A DNA stretch of 62,980 bases from an uncultured bacterium (GCA_965653495.1 CBFHAJ010000001.1:1-62980); one strand, 5' to 3'; shown: positions 43,362-52,049, counted from the stretch's first letter. Made by a program: numbers and translations. Notes: generated from the letters alone by a model not told the origin.

Positions 43362-44681
43362 CTAGAGCCGCCCCCGGCGCTTCAATTCGAGATACTGCGC
43401 CACGACGGCCTCGGCGGCGCGCTGCGGCGGCACGTCGAGCACCAGCACGCCGGCCCGCCGCACGTGTCCCAGCGCCTCGTCGCGCGCGCGCAGCAGCTCT
43501 TCGGCCGCGGCCTTGCGAAACGCGTCGTGCGCCGCCGCGGGCCGCAGCGCCGCGACGGCATCGAGCTCCGGATTCTTGAGAGTCACGGCGAGCGGCAGAT
43601 GGCGGGGACGCAGGGTTGCGACGTTCGCGACCAGCGCGTCCGAGGCGAAGCGGTCGATCACGTCGGTGAACAGGACCGTGAGGGCGCGCTTGCGGTTGCG
43701 CGCGGCGAGGTAGCGGAACGCGCCGGGGTAGTCGGGCTCGACGAGCTTTGGTTCCACCACCGCGAGCACGTCGAGCACCCGCTTGAGCCCCGCCCGGCCG
43801 CGCTGCGGGGCGACGAAATGCTGCACGCCGTCCGCGAACGCCATCACGCCCACGTTGTCGTCGTGCTGTGTCGCGGCGTACGCGAGCTCGAGCGCGGCCC
43901 GCACCACGTAATCGAGCCGCGACACACCGGCGATCTCGGCAGTGAGCAGGCGCCCGGTGTCGAGCACCAGCAGCACGTGCTGGCGGCGCTCGGCCTCGTA
44001 CTGGCGCGTGATCACCTTGCCCCGGCGCGCCGTCGCTTTCCAGTCGATGTGGCGCAGGTCGTCGCCGGGCACCCAGTCGCGCAGCGATTCGAACAGGCGT
44101 CCCTCGCCCAGCCGGCGCAGCGGCGTGATCCCTTGCTCGCGGCGCCGCTGCGCGCGCGCCACCGACGCCTGCAGCCGCACGGTGACCAGCGGCGGATACA
44201 CCGCGGCATCCCACGGCAGATCGATGCGCTGGCGCCGCAGGCCCAGCCCGAACGGGCCGATCGAATCGACCACGAATCCCCCACCGCGCTCCCGGCCGCG
44301 GCGCGCGGGTCGCACGGGCACGGTCTCGCGTCGCGCCCCACGCGCGGGCACCGCGACGCGCCGTACCGGCTGCGCACCACCCAACACGTCGGGCCGTACT
44401 TCCCGCACGCGGAGCCGGGCGGCGCGGCGGGTGCGGTTCGTCCAGCGGTACGACACCTCACCCGCGTGACCGACGGAAAACGCCGGAGCCGCGTCGCGCA
44501 GCACGTGCACGCCGTTCGGGCTCGGGCGGGGGGCGAGCGTCGCGTCGAGCCACACGGCCAGGACGAGTGCCAGGTCGGCGACCATCATCGCGTCGAGGCC
44601 CCAGGGAACCCACAGCGCCGCGAGCCCGAGCAGCGCCAGGCCCGCCCCGACCCAGAGCGCTGCCCGCGTGCACAGGATCAC
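43362..44681 (-). CDS. DUF58-family protein (MoxR partner, VWA-like)
   Basis: Trimmed from the 794-aa track ORF to the GTG at 44681 (GTGA overlap with the MoxR stop). Two N-terminal TM helices. ..GEGRLFESLRDWVPGDDLRHIDWKATARRGKVITRQYE..VLLVLD... Confidence 0.8.
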   Translation of the reverse strand: MILCTRAALWVGAGLALLGLAALWVPWGLDAMMVADLALVLAVWLDATLAPRPSPNGVHVLRDAAPAFSVGHAGEVSYRWTNRTRRAARLRVREVRPDVLGGAQPVRRVAVPARGARRETVPVRPARRGRERGGGFVVDSIGPFGLGLRRQRIDLPWDAAVYPPLVTVRLQASVARAQRRREQGITPLRRLGEGRLFESLRDWVPGDDLRHIDWKATARRGKVITRQYEAERRQHVLLVLDTGRLLTAEIAGVSRLDYVVRAALELAYAATQHDDNVGVMAFADGVQHFVAPQRGRAGLKRVLDVLAVVEPKLVEPDYPGAFRYLAARNRKRALTVLFTDVIDRFASDALVANVATLRPRHLPLAVTLKNPELDAVAALRPAAAHDAFRKAAAEELLRARDEALGHVRRAGVLVLDVPPQRAAEAVVAQYLELKRRGRL

Positions 44682-45634
44682 GTCGTGGGAACTTCTGTCT
44701 TGTCGAGGATCGCCTTGAGTGCCGCGTCGGCGGTGACACCCTCGAGCTCCAGCTCCGGCGCCACGGTCACCCGGTGGCGCAGCACCGCCGGCGCGAGCCC
44801 CTTCACGTCGTCGGGGATGACATAGTCGCGGCCGTCGAGCAGCGCGGCGGCGCGAGCGGCCTTGAGGAGCGCCACGCCGGCCCGCGGGCTCGCGCCCAGC
44901 GTGAGCGACGCCGCCGCGCGCGTGGCGCGCACGACACCTGTGATGTACGCGGTGACCTGAGGCTCGACCCGCACCGCGTCGACCGCGGCGCGCAGCCGCT
45001 CCAATCCCGCCGCGTCGGTCACCGGCGCCACGCCGTACGTCGCCGGCCGGTCGGCCTCGAAGCCCTCGACGGTGCGGGTGAGAATCCCCTGCTCCTGCGT
45101 CGCGTCGGGATAGCCGATCAGCACCTTGGTCATGAAGCGGTCGAGCTCCGCTTCCGGCAGGGGGTACGTGCCCTCGAACTCGACCGGGTTCTGGGTGGCG
45201 AACACGGTGAATGTCGCCGACAGGGGATGCCCGGTGCCGTCCACCGTGACCGTTCGCTCCTGCATCGCCTCCAGCAGGGCCGCCTGCGTCTTGGCGGGCG
45301 CGCGGTTGATCTCGTCCGCGAGCACCAGATCGGCGAAGATCGGGCCCGGACGGAACGTGAACTCGCGGGCGCCGGTCAACAGCGTGACGCCCGTGATGTC
45401 GGCGGGCATCAGGTCGGGCGTGAACTGAATACGCTGGAACCTGACGTCCAGCGCCAGAGAGAGGGTGCGCACCAACAGCGTCTTCGCGGTGCCCGGCACG
45501 CCTTCGAGCAGCACGTGACCGCGGGCCAGCAGGCACACCAGCACTTCGCGGGTGGCCGCCGTCTGCCCCAGAATCACGCGATCGAGCGCCTCTAAGATGC
45601 GGCGCGCGTCGTCCGCGGGCGAAGCTCCTCCCAC
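44678..45634 (-). CDS. MoxR-family AAA+ ATPase
   Basis: Trimmed to the in-frame GTG at 45634. Walker A GVPGTAKT, Walker B LADEINRA, ..VFATQNPVEFEGTYPLPEAELDRF.., 318 aa. Confidence 0.9.
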   Translation of the reverse strand: MGGASPADDARRILEALDRVILGQTAATREVLVCLLARGHVLLEGVPGTAKTLLVRTLSLALDVRFQRIQFTPDLMPADITGVTLLTGAREFTFRPGPIFADLVLADEINRAPAKTQAALLEAMQERTVTVDGTGHPLSATFTVFATQNPVEFEGTYPLPEAELDRFMTKVLIGYPDATQEQGILTRTVEGFEADRPATYGVAPVTDAAGLERLRAAVDAVRVEPQVTAYITGVVRATRAAASLTLGASPRAGVALLKAARAAALLDGRDYVIPDDVKGLAPAVLRHRVTVAPELELEGVTADAALKAILDKTEVPTT

Positions 45635-46827
45635 ACATCCTCCACCGCTTGGGCGGCCGCGAGCGCGCGCTCGGGACCGCCGGGTTCGCTGATGGTACGT
45701 TGCAGTCGCCGCGCGGCGTCGCGGCCGCGGGGCGTCGGCAGGGCAAGCTCGAGCGCGGCCAGCCACGAGCGCCGTTCGTCCGGCCGCATCACCCCCGCGC
45801 GGCCCAACCGCCGCCGCAAGCCGCTGACCGTGAGCTCGATCGATGTGTCGACGCCGGCCGCGCCCTCGAGGCCAGCGGCCAGGCCCTCCAGGTGCTCGAG
45901 CGGTGAGCGTCGGCGTCGCTCGATGGCGGGCAGCGCCGGACCGAACCGCACCGCGGCCACCACGAAGGCCACGCACACCACACCGACCAGCTGCAGCAGC
46001 GCCCACCCGAGCGGTGAGCCTTGCAGCCACGTCATGAGGGCCGCGGTCACCGAGCTTTCTTCCGCGAACCCCTGGTGGTATTCGTCCCACGCCACCGGTC
46101 CCGGGCGAGTGGGCGTGAGCAGCGGGACGACGAAGGCAGGTACGTCCGTCCACCGCCAGGTGCGATTGCGGAAATAGTCGGCGTCGGCGACGAGCGTCAC
46201 GCGCCCACCCCCCCGATAGCCGAAGCGCAGCGCGACCGGTCGGCCATCCCGGAGGCGGAGCAAGGTGTCGTGCGCGACCGGCACGAGCATTTCACAATCG
46301 TCGAATTCGGCGTCACTGTCCCGGGCCCGCCGCCCACCCTCGTCGACACTTCCCCGTGGGCGGAGGTAATCCCCCACGGGCGGCAGGTCCAGGCCCGATG
46401 GCGACCGCACCGGGAGCGTGTCCACCCGCATCAGGCGTGTCCCATTGGCGGTCCTCCATCCCACACACCGCGTAACGCCGCCCCCGGATCCCGCCACGAC
46501 GACCGCTCCGCCCGCGCGTACAAAGCGGACCACCTGCGCGAGTTCGGCGGGCTCGAGAGCGATCGGGGGGTTGAGCACCACGAGGACGGCTGCGCGAGGG
46601 CCGGTGGTGCGGTTCAAGTCGAACAGCGGCTCTTGTACGCGCTCGACCATGACGCCGAGGCGCGCCAGCACGTCGTACACGGCCTTGCTACCGCCCGGCC
46701 CGCCATGGAACGTCGAAGCGCGTGGGTCGAACGGCGACTCCTGCTCCGGCGCCACCCCGAATAGGAGCACGATACCGATGGTCACGGCGAGCAGCGCGCC
46801 GATCAGCAGCTCAACGCGGCGTGACAT
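45592..46827 (-). CDS. DUF4350-like membrane-anchored protein
   Basis: Trimmed to MSRRVELLIGALLAVTIGIVLLF. A second TM helix lies near ..LLQLVGVVCVAFVVAAV... Both the position and the architecture match the DUF4350 members found in MoxR operons. Confidence 0.65.
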   Translation of the reverse strand: MSRRVELLIGALLAVTIGIVLLFGVAPEQESPFDPRASTFHGGPGGSKAVYDVLARLGVMVERVQEPLFDLNRTTGPRAAVLVVLNPPIALEPAELAQVVRFVRAGGAVVVAGSGGGVTRCVGWRTANGTRLMRVDTLPVRSPSGLDLPPVGDYLRPRGSVDEGGRRARDSDAEFDDCEMLVPVAHDTLLRLRDGRPVALRFGYRGGGRVTLVADADYFRNRTWRWTDVPAFVVPLLTPTRPGPVAWDEYHQGFAEESSVTAALMTWLQGSPLGWALLQLVGVVCVAFVVAAVRFGPALPAIERRRRSPLEHLEGLAAGLEGAAGVDTSIELTVSGLRRRLGRAGVMRPDERRSWLAALELALPTPRGRDAARRLQRTISEPGGPERALAAAQAVEDVWEELRPRTTRAAS

Positions 46828-47443
46828 GCTGCTCGACACGCGCGGCCAGCAGGCCGAAGTCCTGGTATCCCTGCGCGTCGCACGGCACCGCCGCAAACAC
46901 GTGGCGGTAGAGCGTTACGACGAGCGCGCGCAGTCCGTCCTGCCCTTCGGCGTCCACCCTGGCTTCGCCCAGGTACTCGGCCGGCGTCTTGGCGGGGTGG
47001 AACGACACGGCCCGGCGCGCGTCGAGCCGCAGCAGCAGCGCGGCGAAGCGGTGCGCGAGCGCTTCGGCGTAGCGCCCGGCGGTCGCGAGTCGCGCGGCCT
47101 GGTCGAGGTGCGCACCCACCTCATCCACCGGACGATCCGTCGCGAGGGGGGCGGATTCCGTGGAGAGCATCGGGCGCAGGATGCGAACCGCGATGTAGCC
47201 CAGATGAACCAGGATCGCGACCAGCAGCACGATCGCCGCGGTGAGCAGCACGGCGTATTGAGCGGGATGTCTGCTGTGCAGGGCGTTGAGCCAGTCGAGG
47301 AAACTGAACCATTGCATCCCGAGCCACCGCAGCAGCACCCGCGAATCTTCCCACCGGTACTCTGGCCGCGCGAAGACCTCCGCGACCGCCCGGCGCAGCG
47401 AGTCAGGCGGCACCGCGCCGCCCTGGCCGGCGAGTGCAATCAC
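46811..47443 (-). CDS. DUF4129-like protein
   Basis: Trimmed to the GTG at 47443 (GTGA overlap). One TM helix (..AVLLTAAIVLLVAILVHLGYIAV..) and a C-terminal ..KTPAEYLGEA..LYRHVFA.. pattern. Confidence 0.6.
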   Translation of the reverse strand: MIALAGQGGAVPPDSLRRAVAEVFARPEYRWEDSRVLLRWLGMQWFSFLDWLNALHSRHPAQYAVLLTAAIVLLVAILVHLGYIAVRILRPMLSTESAPLATDRPVDEVGAHLDQAARLATAGRYAEALAHRFAALLLRLDARRAVSFHPAKTPAEYLGEARVDAEGQDGLRALVVTLYRHVFAAVPCDAQGYQDFGLLAARVEQHVTPR

Positions 47444-48348
47444 GCGGTACCCAGCCGCTGACTCAAGACCTGAAGGTCGAACCCTTCGCGCCGGACGCGG
47501 AGATCGTAGTAGAGGAGGGTGAGACACGACACGAAGAGCGGCCCGGACACGATCGGCAGAAACAATTGCAACGCCCCGACCACCCGACCCAACGCCGGCC
47601 ACGTCCCCTGCAGGACGACCGCCACCACAAAGACGACGAAATACGGAATGACATAGAAGACGACGCCACTCACCAGGCCTGTCCAGAAGACTTTCAGCTT
47701 CCGCTCCCGCGTGAGCGCCCAGGAACGCGCGAACGCGGCGAACACGCCCACCCCATCTTCGAGCGTCACCGCCTGAGCCGTCACGCCGTAGCCGCAAATG
47801 ACGTACACCAGGAACCAGCAGGCGCCGACCAAGCCCGCGAGCGTCCCCAACACGGCAACGCCCTTGCCAATGAACCCAGCGATGGTCGCGACGATGACGA
47901 CGGCGATGATACCGCCGATCCAGACCAGTGCGAGGAGCACGCCCTTGCACAACGCGACTCCCACCAGTGGGAGCATCTTCGAAACGCCCAAGGACACGGC
48001 GTCACCCAGCTGTGGACGCTGTCCCAAGTAGGTATCGGAGATGATGCGCATCGCCCCGGCCGCGAGGAAATAGCTCGCAACGTAGAAGAGCACCACGCCC
48101 AGCGCGATGAGGCCGAAGTATGGCACCACCGGTTGCCACGCGTCGAGGCTCGGCTGCCGCCCGGCGCGCATCTGCTCCGCCAACGGCAGAAACGCCTGGT
48201 TCATCCGACCGGCGATGAGCGCGAAAAAGATCAGCGGTGCCGCGAGGGCCACGATCCCCAATGCCGTGAACAACCCGACGTTGCGACGGTAAATCGTCAG
48301 CGCGCCGTCGAGAATCTCGCCCAGCTGCATCGGCTTGATATCGGTCAT
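47440..48348 (-). CDS. Polytopic membrane protein (first gene of the MoxR operon)
   Basis: Trimmed from the 470-aa track ORF to the ATG at 48348. 302 aa with about 6 TM helices. N-terminal ..LGEILDGALTIYRRN.. and C-terminal ..LLYYDLRVRREGFDL.. resemble the membrane domain found in GlpQ-associated/DUF-type proteins. Confidence 0.7.
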   Translation of the reverse strand: MTDIKPMQLGEILDGALTIYRRNVGLFTALGIVALAAPLIFFALIAGRMNQAFLPLAEQMRAGRQPSLDAWQPVVPYFGLIALGVVLFYVASYFLAAGAMRIISDTYLGQRPQLGDAVSLGVSKMLPLVGVALCKGVLLALVWIGGIIAVVIVATIAGFIGKGVAVLGTLAGLVGACWFLVYVICGYGVTAQAVTLEDGVGVFAAFARSWALTRERKLKVFWTGLVSGVVFYVIPYFVVFVVAVVLQGTWPALGRVVGALQLFLPIVSGPLFVSCLTLLYYDLRVRREGFDLQVLSQRLGTA

Positions 48349-48387
48349 GCGCTCGCCCCTGTCCGGGTTGGTGAGTAAGATGAGGGG

Positions 48388-50208
48388 GTGACCGTTCCTG
48401 CGCGAGACCGCACAGCGCCGCCCGACCTCCGCGCGCAGGTGGGCGTGGAGACGCCGGAACACGTCGAGCTCCACTTTGAGTTGGCAGGAGTGGGCTCGCG
48501 TGCAGCGGCGGCGCTGCTCGATACGGCGCTGGTCGTGGGAGCGATGTTCGTGATCGCCCTCGTAGCGGGAGGGCTCGGCGAGTCCCGCGGGGCGTTGGGA
48601 AACTGGGCCCTGGCCTTGCTCATCCTCCTCTACGTCTTCTCCTTCTTCGGCTACTTCGCACTGTTCGAAGCGCTGAACGGAGGACGGACGCCCGGCAAGA
48701 CGGCGCTCGGCATCCGGGTGGTCATGGAGACTGGTCATGCGGTCACCGCCACGGCAGCCGTCGCCCGCAACCTGGTTCGGTTGCTGGATTGTTTCTTTCC
48801 GTTCCTGCCAATCCTCCCCGGCTTCCTCATGGTGCTGCTGCACCGCCGCCACCAGCGGCCGGGCGACTTGGTGGCCGGCACCCTCGTCGTCCGCGACCGG
48901 CCCACCGATTGGAGCCTCGGGAAAGGAACTGCCACGGCCGGGGAGGCGCTGGAAGCCGGTCCCCCGGAACTCTCGGATGCCGAATTCCGCGTGCTGGACG
49001 AGTTCCTGGCGCGAGAGGGGGAGCTCGACGCCCTGGTCTCAGCGCGGCTGACCACCGATTTGGCCCGCCGCTTCCAGGGGCGGGTCCCGCGCCGGGCCGC
49101 CGACGCGAGCGAGTATCTCCGCGTGCTGCACGGCGACGAGCAGCAGAAGCGGCGCGGCCGGTTTGCGACGCGCGCGCAGGCGGGCGCGATCGGACGAACC
49201 ACCAGGACGGCGGAACGGTTCGTGGCGCACAAGCGAGACACCTGGGAGGCGTTCCGAGCCGCGGCGACGCGCGTGGAGCGCGCGGGAGTAGGGGCGCTTC
49301 CGCCCGGTGAGATCCCCGCGTTCGCCGGGAAGTACCGCGAGGTGGCCGCCGACCTCGCCCGCGCGCGGACGTACGCGGTCGATCCCCGTGTGCTCGAGTA
49401 CCTCGAACGCGTCGTGAGTGCGGGGCACAACGCCCTGTACCGCTCGCGCGGGCGTCGGCGAGCGCCAGTCGGACGCTACCTGCTACGGGACTTTCCGGCG
49501 GCGGTGGTGCAGTCGTGGCGGCACGTCGCGGCGGCGTTCGCCCTGTTCATGATCCCGGCGATGATCGGGTACGCCGCGATCCGGGGTCATCCAGATCAGG
49601 CCGCCAAGTGGTTACCTCCCGTGTTCGTGAGCCGCGCCGAGCAGGCGGCCGAACGCCAGGCGCGCGGCGTCGGGTACGCCCAATCGCGCCAGGAAGAGCT
49701 CCCTGTCATCTCGTCGGCCATCATCAGCAACAACGTGCTGATCGCCTTCTGGGCCTTTGCGGGGGGCATCGTCCTGGGGCTGCCGACCGTCTGGGTGCTC
49801 GTCAAGAACGGTCTGCTGCTCGGCCTGGGCTTTGGGCTGTTCGTCAACTATCACGCCGGCGGCTACCTCGCGACCTTCGTGGCAGGTCACGGGATCCTCG
49901 AGCTGACGGCGATCTTCATCGCCGGGGGCGCGGGCTTGCGCATTGCGGGCGCGCTCGTGGTACCGGGCGACCGGCTGCGCCGCGATGCGCTCGTGCTCGA
50001 AGGGCGCATCGCCGGGCGCATGATCGGAGCCGTCGTGGTGTTGCTCACGATCGCCGGCACCATCGAAGGCCTGCTGTCGGCGAGCGATGCTCCGGCTCCC
50101 TGGAAGCTGGCGACGAGCGGTGCGAGCGCGGTGTTGCTCGTCCTCTATCTCACGAGCGGGTGGACATATCTGAAGCGTAATCCGGTATCCGTCATCCGTG
50201 GTCCGTAA
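48388..50208 (+). CDS. Fusion protein: N-terminal RDD domain plus C-terminal SpoIIM-like (DUF95) membrane domain
   Basis: 606 aa. The RDD part is ..RAAAALLDTALVV..GRTPGKTALGIRVV..PGDLVAGTLVV... The linker is about 180 aa. The SpoIIM-like part is ..NNVLIAFWAFAGGIVLGLPTVWVLVKNGLLLG..GHGILELTAIFIAGGAGL... Confidence 0.8.
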   Translation: MTVPARDRTAPPDLRAQVGVETPEHVELHFELAGVGSRAAAALLDTALVVGAMFVIALVAGGLGESRGALGNWALALLILLYVFSFFGYFALFEALNGGRTPGKTALGIRVVMETGHAVTATAAVARNLVRLLDCFFPFLPILPGFLMVLLHRRHQRPGDLVAGTLVVRDRPTDWSLGKGTATAGEALEAGPPELSDAEFRVLDEFLAREGELDALVSARLTTDLARRFQGRVPRRAADASEYLRVLHGDEQQKRRGRFATRAQAGAIGRTTRTAERFVAHKRDTWEAFRAAATRVERAGVGALPPGEIPAFAGKYREVAADLARARTYAVDPRVLEYLERVVSAGHNALYRSRGRRRAPVGRYLLRDFPAAVVQSWRHVAAAFALFMIPAMIGYAAIRGHPDQAAKWLPPVFVSRAEQAAERQARGVGYAQSRQEELPVISSAIISNNVLIAFWAFAGGIVLGLPTVWVLVKNGLLLGLGFGLFVNYHAGGYLATFVAGHGILELTAIFIAGGAGLRIAGALVVPGDRLRRDALVLEGRIAGRMIGAVVVLLTIAGTIEGLLSASDAPAPWKLATSGASAVLLVLYLTSGWTYLKRNPVSVIRGP

Positions 50209-50245
50209 CTGCGTCTACAGGAAAACGGTTGACGGATGACGGATA
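50186..50245. terminator. Hairpin between convergent genes, 14-bp perfect stem built from TCCGT(C/G)(A/G) tandem units
   Basis: TATCCGTCATCCGT (50186-50199) pairs with ACGGATGACGGATA (50232-50245). The left arm is the last codons of the RDD-SpoIIM gene (stop at 50206-50208). Confidence 0.5.
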
Positions 50246-50313
50246 ACGCCCGCACCGGCCGCCACCATTGCGCGGGTGGGCAGTATCGAGCACGGTGCCG
50301 CCGGCTCACCGAA

Positions 50314-50505
50314 TCACTTGTCCAGCGCTTCCAGAATCCCGCGCATCTTGCGCGCTAGTGCCTCGATCTGCTTCAGGCCGCCGACCGTTTCGGCATCGAG
50401 TTTGTCGGCGCCGAGCAGCAGCAGCTGGGTCTCGGCCAGGATGGCCGCGAGCGGGTTGGACAGATCGTGCCGCAGCTTCCGGATAGGGTCCTTCAGGTCG
50501 GCCAT
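50314..50505 (-). CDS. Free-standing histidine-kinase DHp (HisKA) mini-protein, 63 aa
   Basis: MADLKDPIRKLRHDLSNPLAAILAETQLLLLG..LKQIEALARKMRGILEAL. This is an H-box plus a two-helix hairpin only, with no sensor or ATPase domain. The ATG directly abuts the stop of the upstream ORF. Confidence 0.7.
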   Translation of the reverse strand: MADLKDPIRKLRHDLSNPLAAILAETQLLLLGADKLDAETVGGLKQIEALARKMRGILEALDK

Positions 50506-50787
50506 CTAGAGCAGCGAGCGATACAGGTCGCGCAGGTGATGATCGCGCAGGTCGCGCACCGACTGCCACAGGTCGGGCTCCGAGGTGGCGCAGAAGATCT
50601 CCGCCGTGGAGCGCTCAGCCTCCGTGTCGGCTGCCCCGAACAGAACCCGGCCCCGCCAGATCCCGTCCTCGGAGCGGCGTACCTGGAGACGAATGGGGAT
50701 GAGTTGTCCGTCGAATCGAATGGGGGGGAGATCGTGAACGACTGCGTCGCCTGCGTCCGATGGGTAGCGTGCCGGCTGTGCGGGCAT
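50506..50787 (-). CDS. Hypothetical 93-aa protein, translationally linked to the DHp mini-protein
   Basis: Trimmed from the 466-aa track ORF to the ATG at 50787. ..IRFDGQLIPIRLQVRRSEDGIWRGRVLFGAADTEAERSTAEIFCATSEPDLWQSVRDLRDHHLRDLYRSLL. No motif recognised. Confidence 0.55.
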   Translation of the reverse strand: MPAQPARYPSDAGDAVVHDLPPIRFDGQLIPIRLQVRRSEDGIWRGRVLFGAADTEAERSTAEIFCATSEPDLWQSVRDLRDHHLRDLYRSLL

Positions 50788-50859
50788 GCGGCGCCCTAGG
50801 GCTGGTTTGGGTAAAGATATAAGGGCTGGGGACTTGCGCAATACTGAAAGGCGGTGGAG

Positions 50860-50923
50860 GACGGTGGAAGGCGGTGGAGGTGGATGGCGAGGCAGGACCA
50901 AACCTCCACCGCCCTCCACCGTC
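50860..50923. repeat. 22-bp-arm palindrome built from GGTGGA(G/A)G tandem units at the 3' end of the M50 protease gene
   Basis: GACGGTGGAAGGCGGTGGAGGT (50860-50881) versus ACCTCCACCGCCCTCCACCGTC (50902-50923), 21 of 22 complementary. An extra unpaired unit sits at 50849-50859. The right arm contains the M50 stop codon. Confidence 0.75.
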
Positions 50924-52040
50924 AGATTCTGAAGGGAACGGGCGCAAACGTCGCCAGAAACAGCCCCAGTGCCGCCCAGGCGACGGCCCGGCGCGACCGG
51001 GGCAGCGGCCGCTGCGCGTCGAGCACCGCTGGATGGCTGAGGCGCCCGCGCGACAAGAGCAGCACGAGGAACCCCCACAGGTACCAGCCCCACCACCAGT
51101 GACCCAAGACGATCACCAGGCACCAGAAGAACACGGCGATGCGCTGGTGCCAGCGCGGCAGGGCGGCGTACAGAATGTGTCCGCCGTCGAGCTGGGAAAT
51201 GGGCAGCAGGTTCAGCATCGTCACGAGCATGCCCACCCATCCCGCGAACGCGAGCGGATGCACACTCACGGCCGCCGGGTGACCGAGCAGCAGCCGACGC
51301 AACAGCAGCGACACCAGCGAATCGCCCAGCGGAATCTGCGGGCCGCCGGCGAAATACACCGCCAGCCCCTGCGCGCCCTCCTGGAGACCTACAGGGTGGC
51401 TCAGCAGCAAGCCGACCGCGAGCACCGGCAGCGCGACGACGAATCCCGCGATCGGCCCGGCGACGCCCACATCGAACAACTGCCGCCGATCGGAGAGCAC
51501 CGTGCGCAGGCGAATGAAGGCGCCCATGGTACCGATGAACGTCGGGAACATCGGCACCGGGATGAAGTACGGCGGCGACACGTCGAGCTGATAACGCCGC
51601 GCGACCACGTAGTGACCCAGCTCGTGGCACACCAGGATGGCGAGCAGTGGCACCGAGAAGCTGAGGCCCGTCGCCCAGGCGGCGAGAAAGCCCGGATAGC
51701 CGGGGTAGCCACTCGTGAAGAACACGAACCAGCCCGTGTAGGGGATGCCGTTCGCGAGCACGGCACCGGCGAAGGTGATCGTGTAGAACGTGGCGAGAAA
51801 CAGGGCCACATGCAGGCCCCAGCGCTCGCGCCGGCGGCGCAGCGGCCGGGTGAGGATCAGGTGCTGACCCTCGCGCTCCTCCGACCAGTAGTAGGTGCCG
51901 GGCCATTGCGCCAGCGCGGCAGCGAGCGCCGGCGACGCGCCGCCGGGCCCGGCGTGCAGCGGATGTACAAGCGCGTCAATCACTTCGCGGTCTGGCAACG
52001 AGATGGTGCGCCACGCCAACAGAAACGCGGTCAGGTTCAC
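50922..52040 (-). CDS. M50-family (site-2 protease-like) membrane metalloprotease
   Basis: HELGHY zinc motif, a downstream ..NLLPISQLDGGHI.. motif and multiple TM helices. The start at GTG 52040 is my choice, because the longer track ORF would run into rho. Confidence 0.8.
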   Translation of the reverse strand: MNLTAFLLAWRTISLPDREVIDALVHPLHAGPGGASPALAAALAQWPGTYYWSEEREGQHLILTRPLRRRRERWGLHVALFLATFYTITFAGAVLANGIPYTGWFVFFTSGYPGYPGFLAAWATGLSFSVPLLAILVCHELGHYVVARRYQLDVSPPYFIPVPMFPTFIGTMGAFIRLRTVLSDRRQLFDVGVAGPIAGFVVALPVLAVGLLLSHPVGLQEGAQGLAVYFAGGPQIPLGDSLVSLLLRRLLLGHPAAVSVHPLAFAGWVGMLVTMLNLLPISQLDGGHILYAALPRWHQRIAVFFWCLVIVLGHWWWGWYLWGFLVLLLSRGRLSHPAVLDAQRPLPRSRRAVAWAALGLFLATFAPVPFRI

Positions 52041-52049
52041 GGCGCGCTC

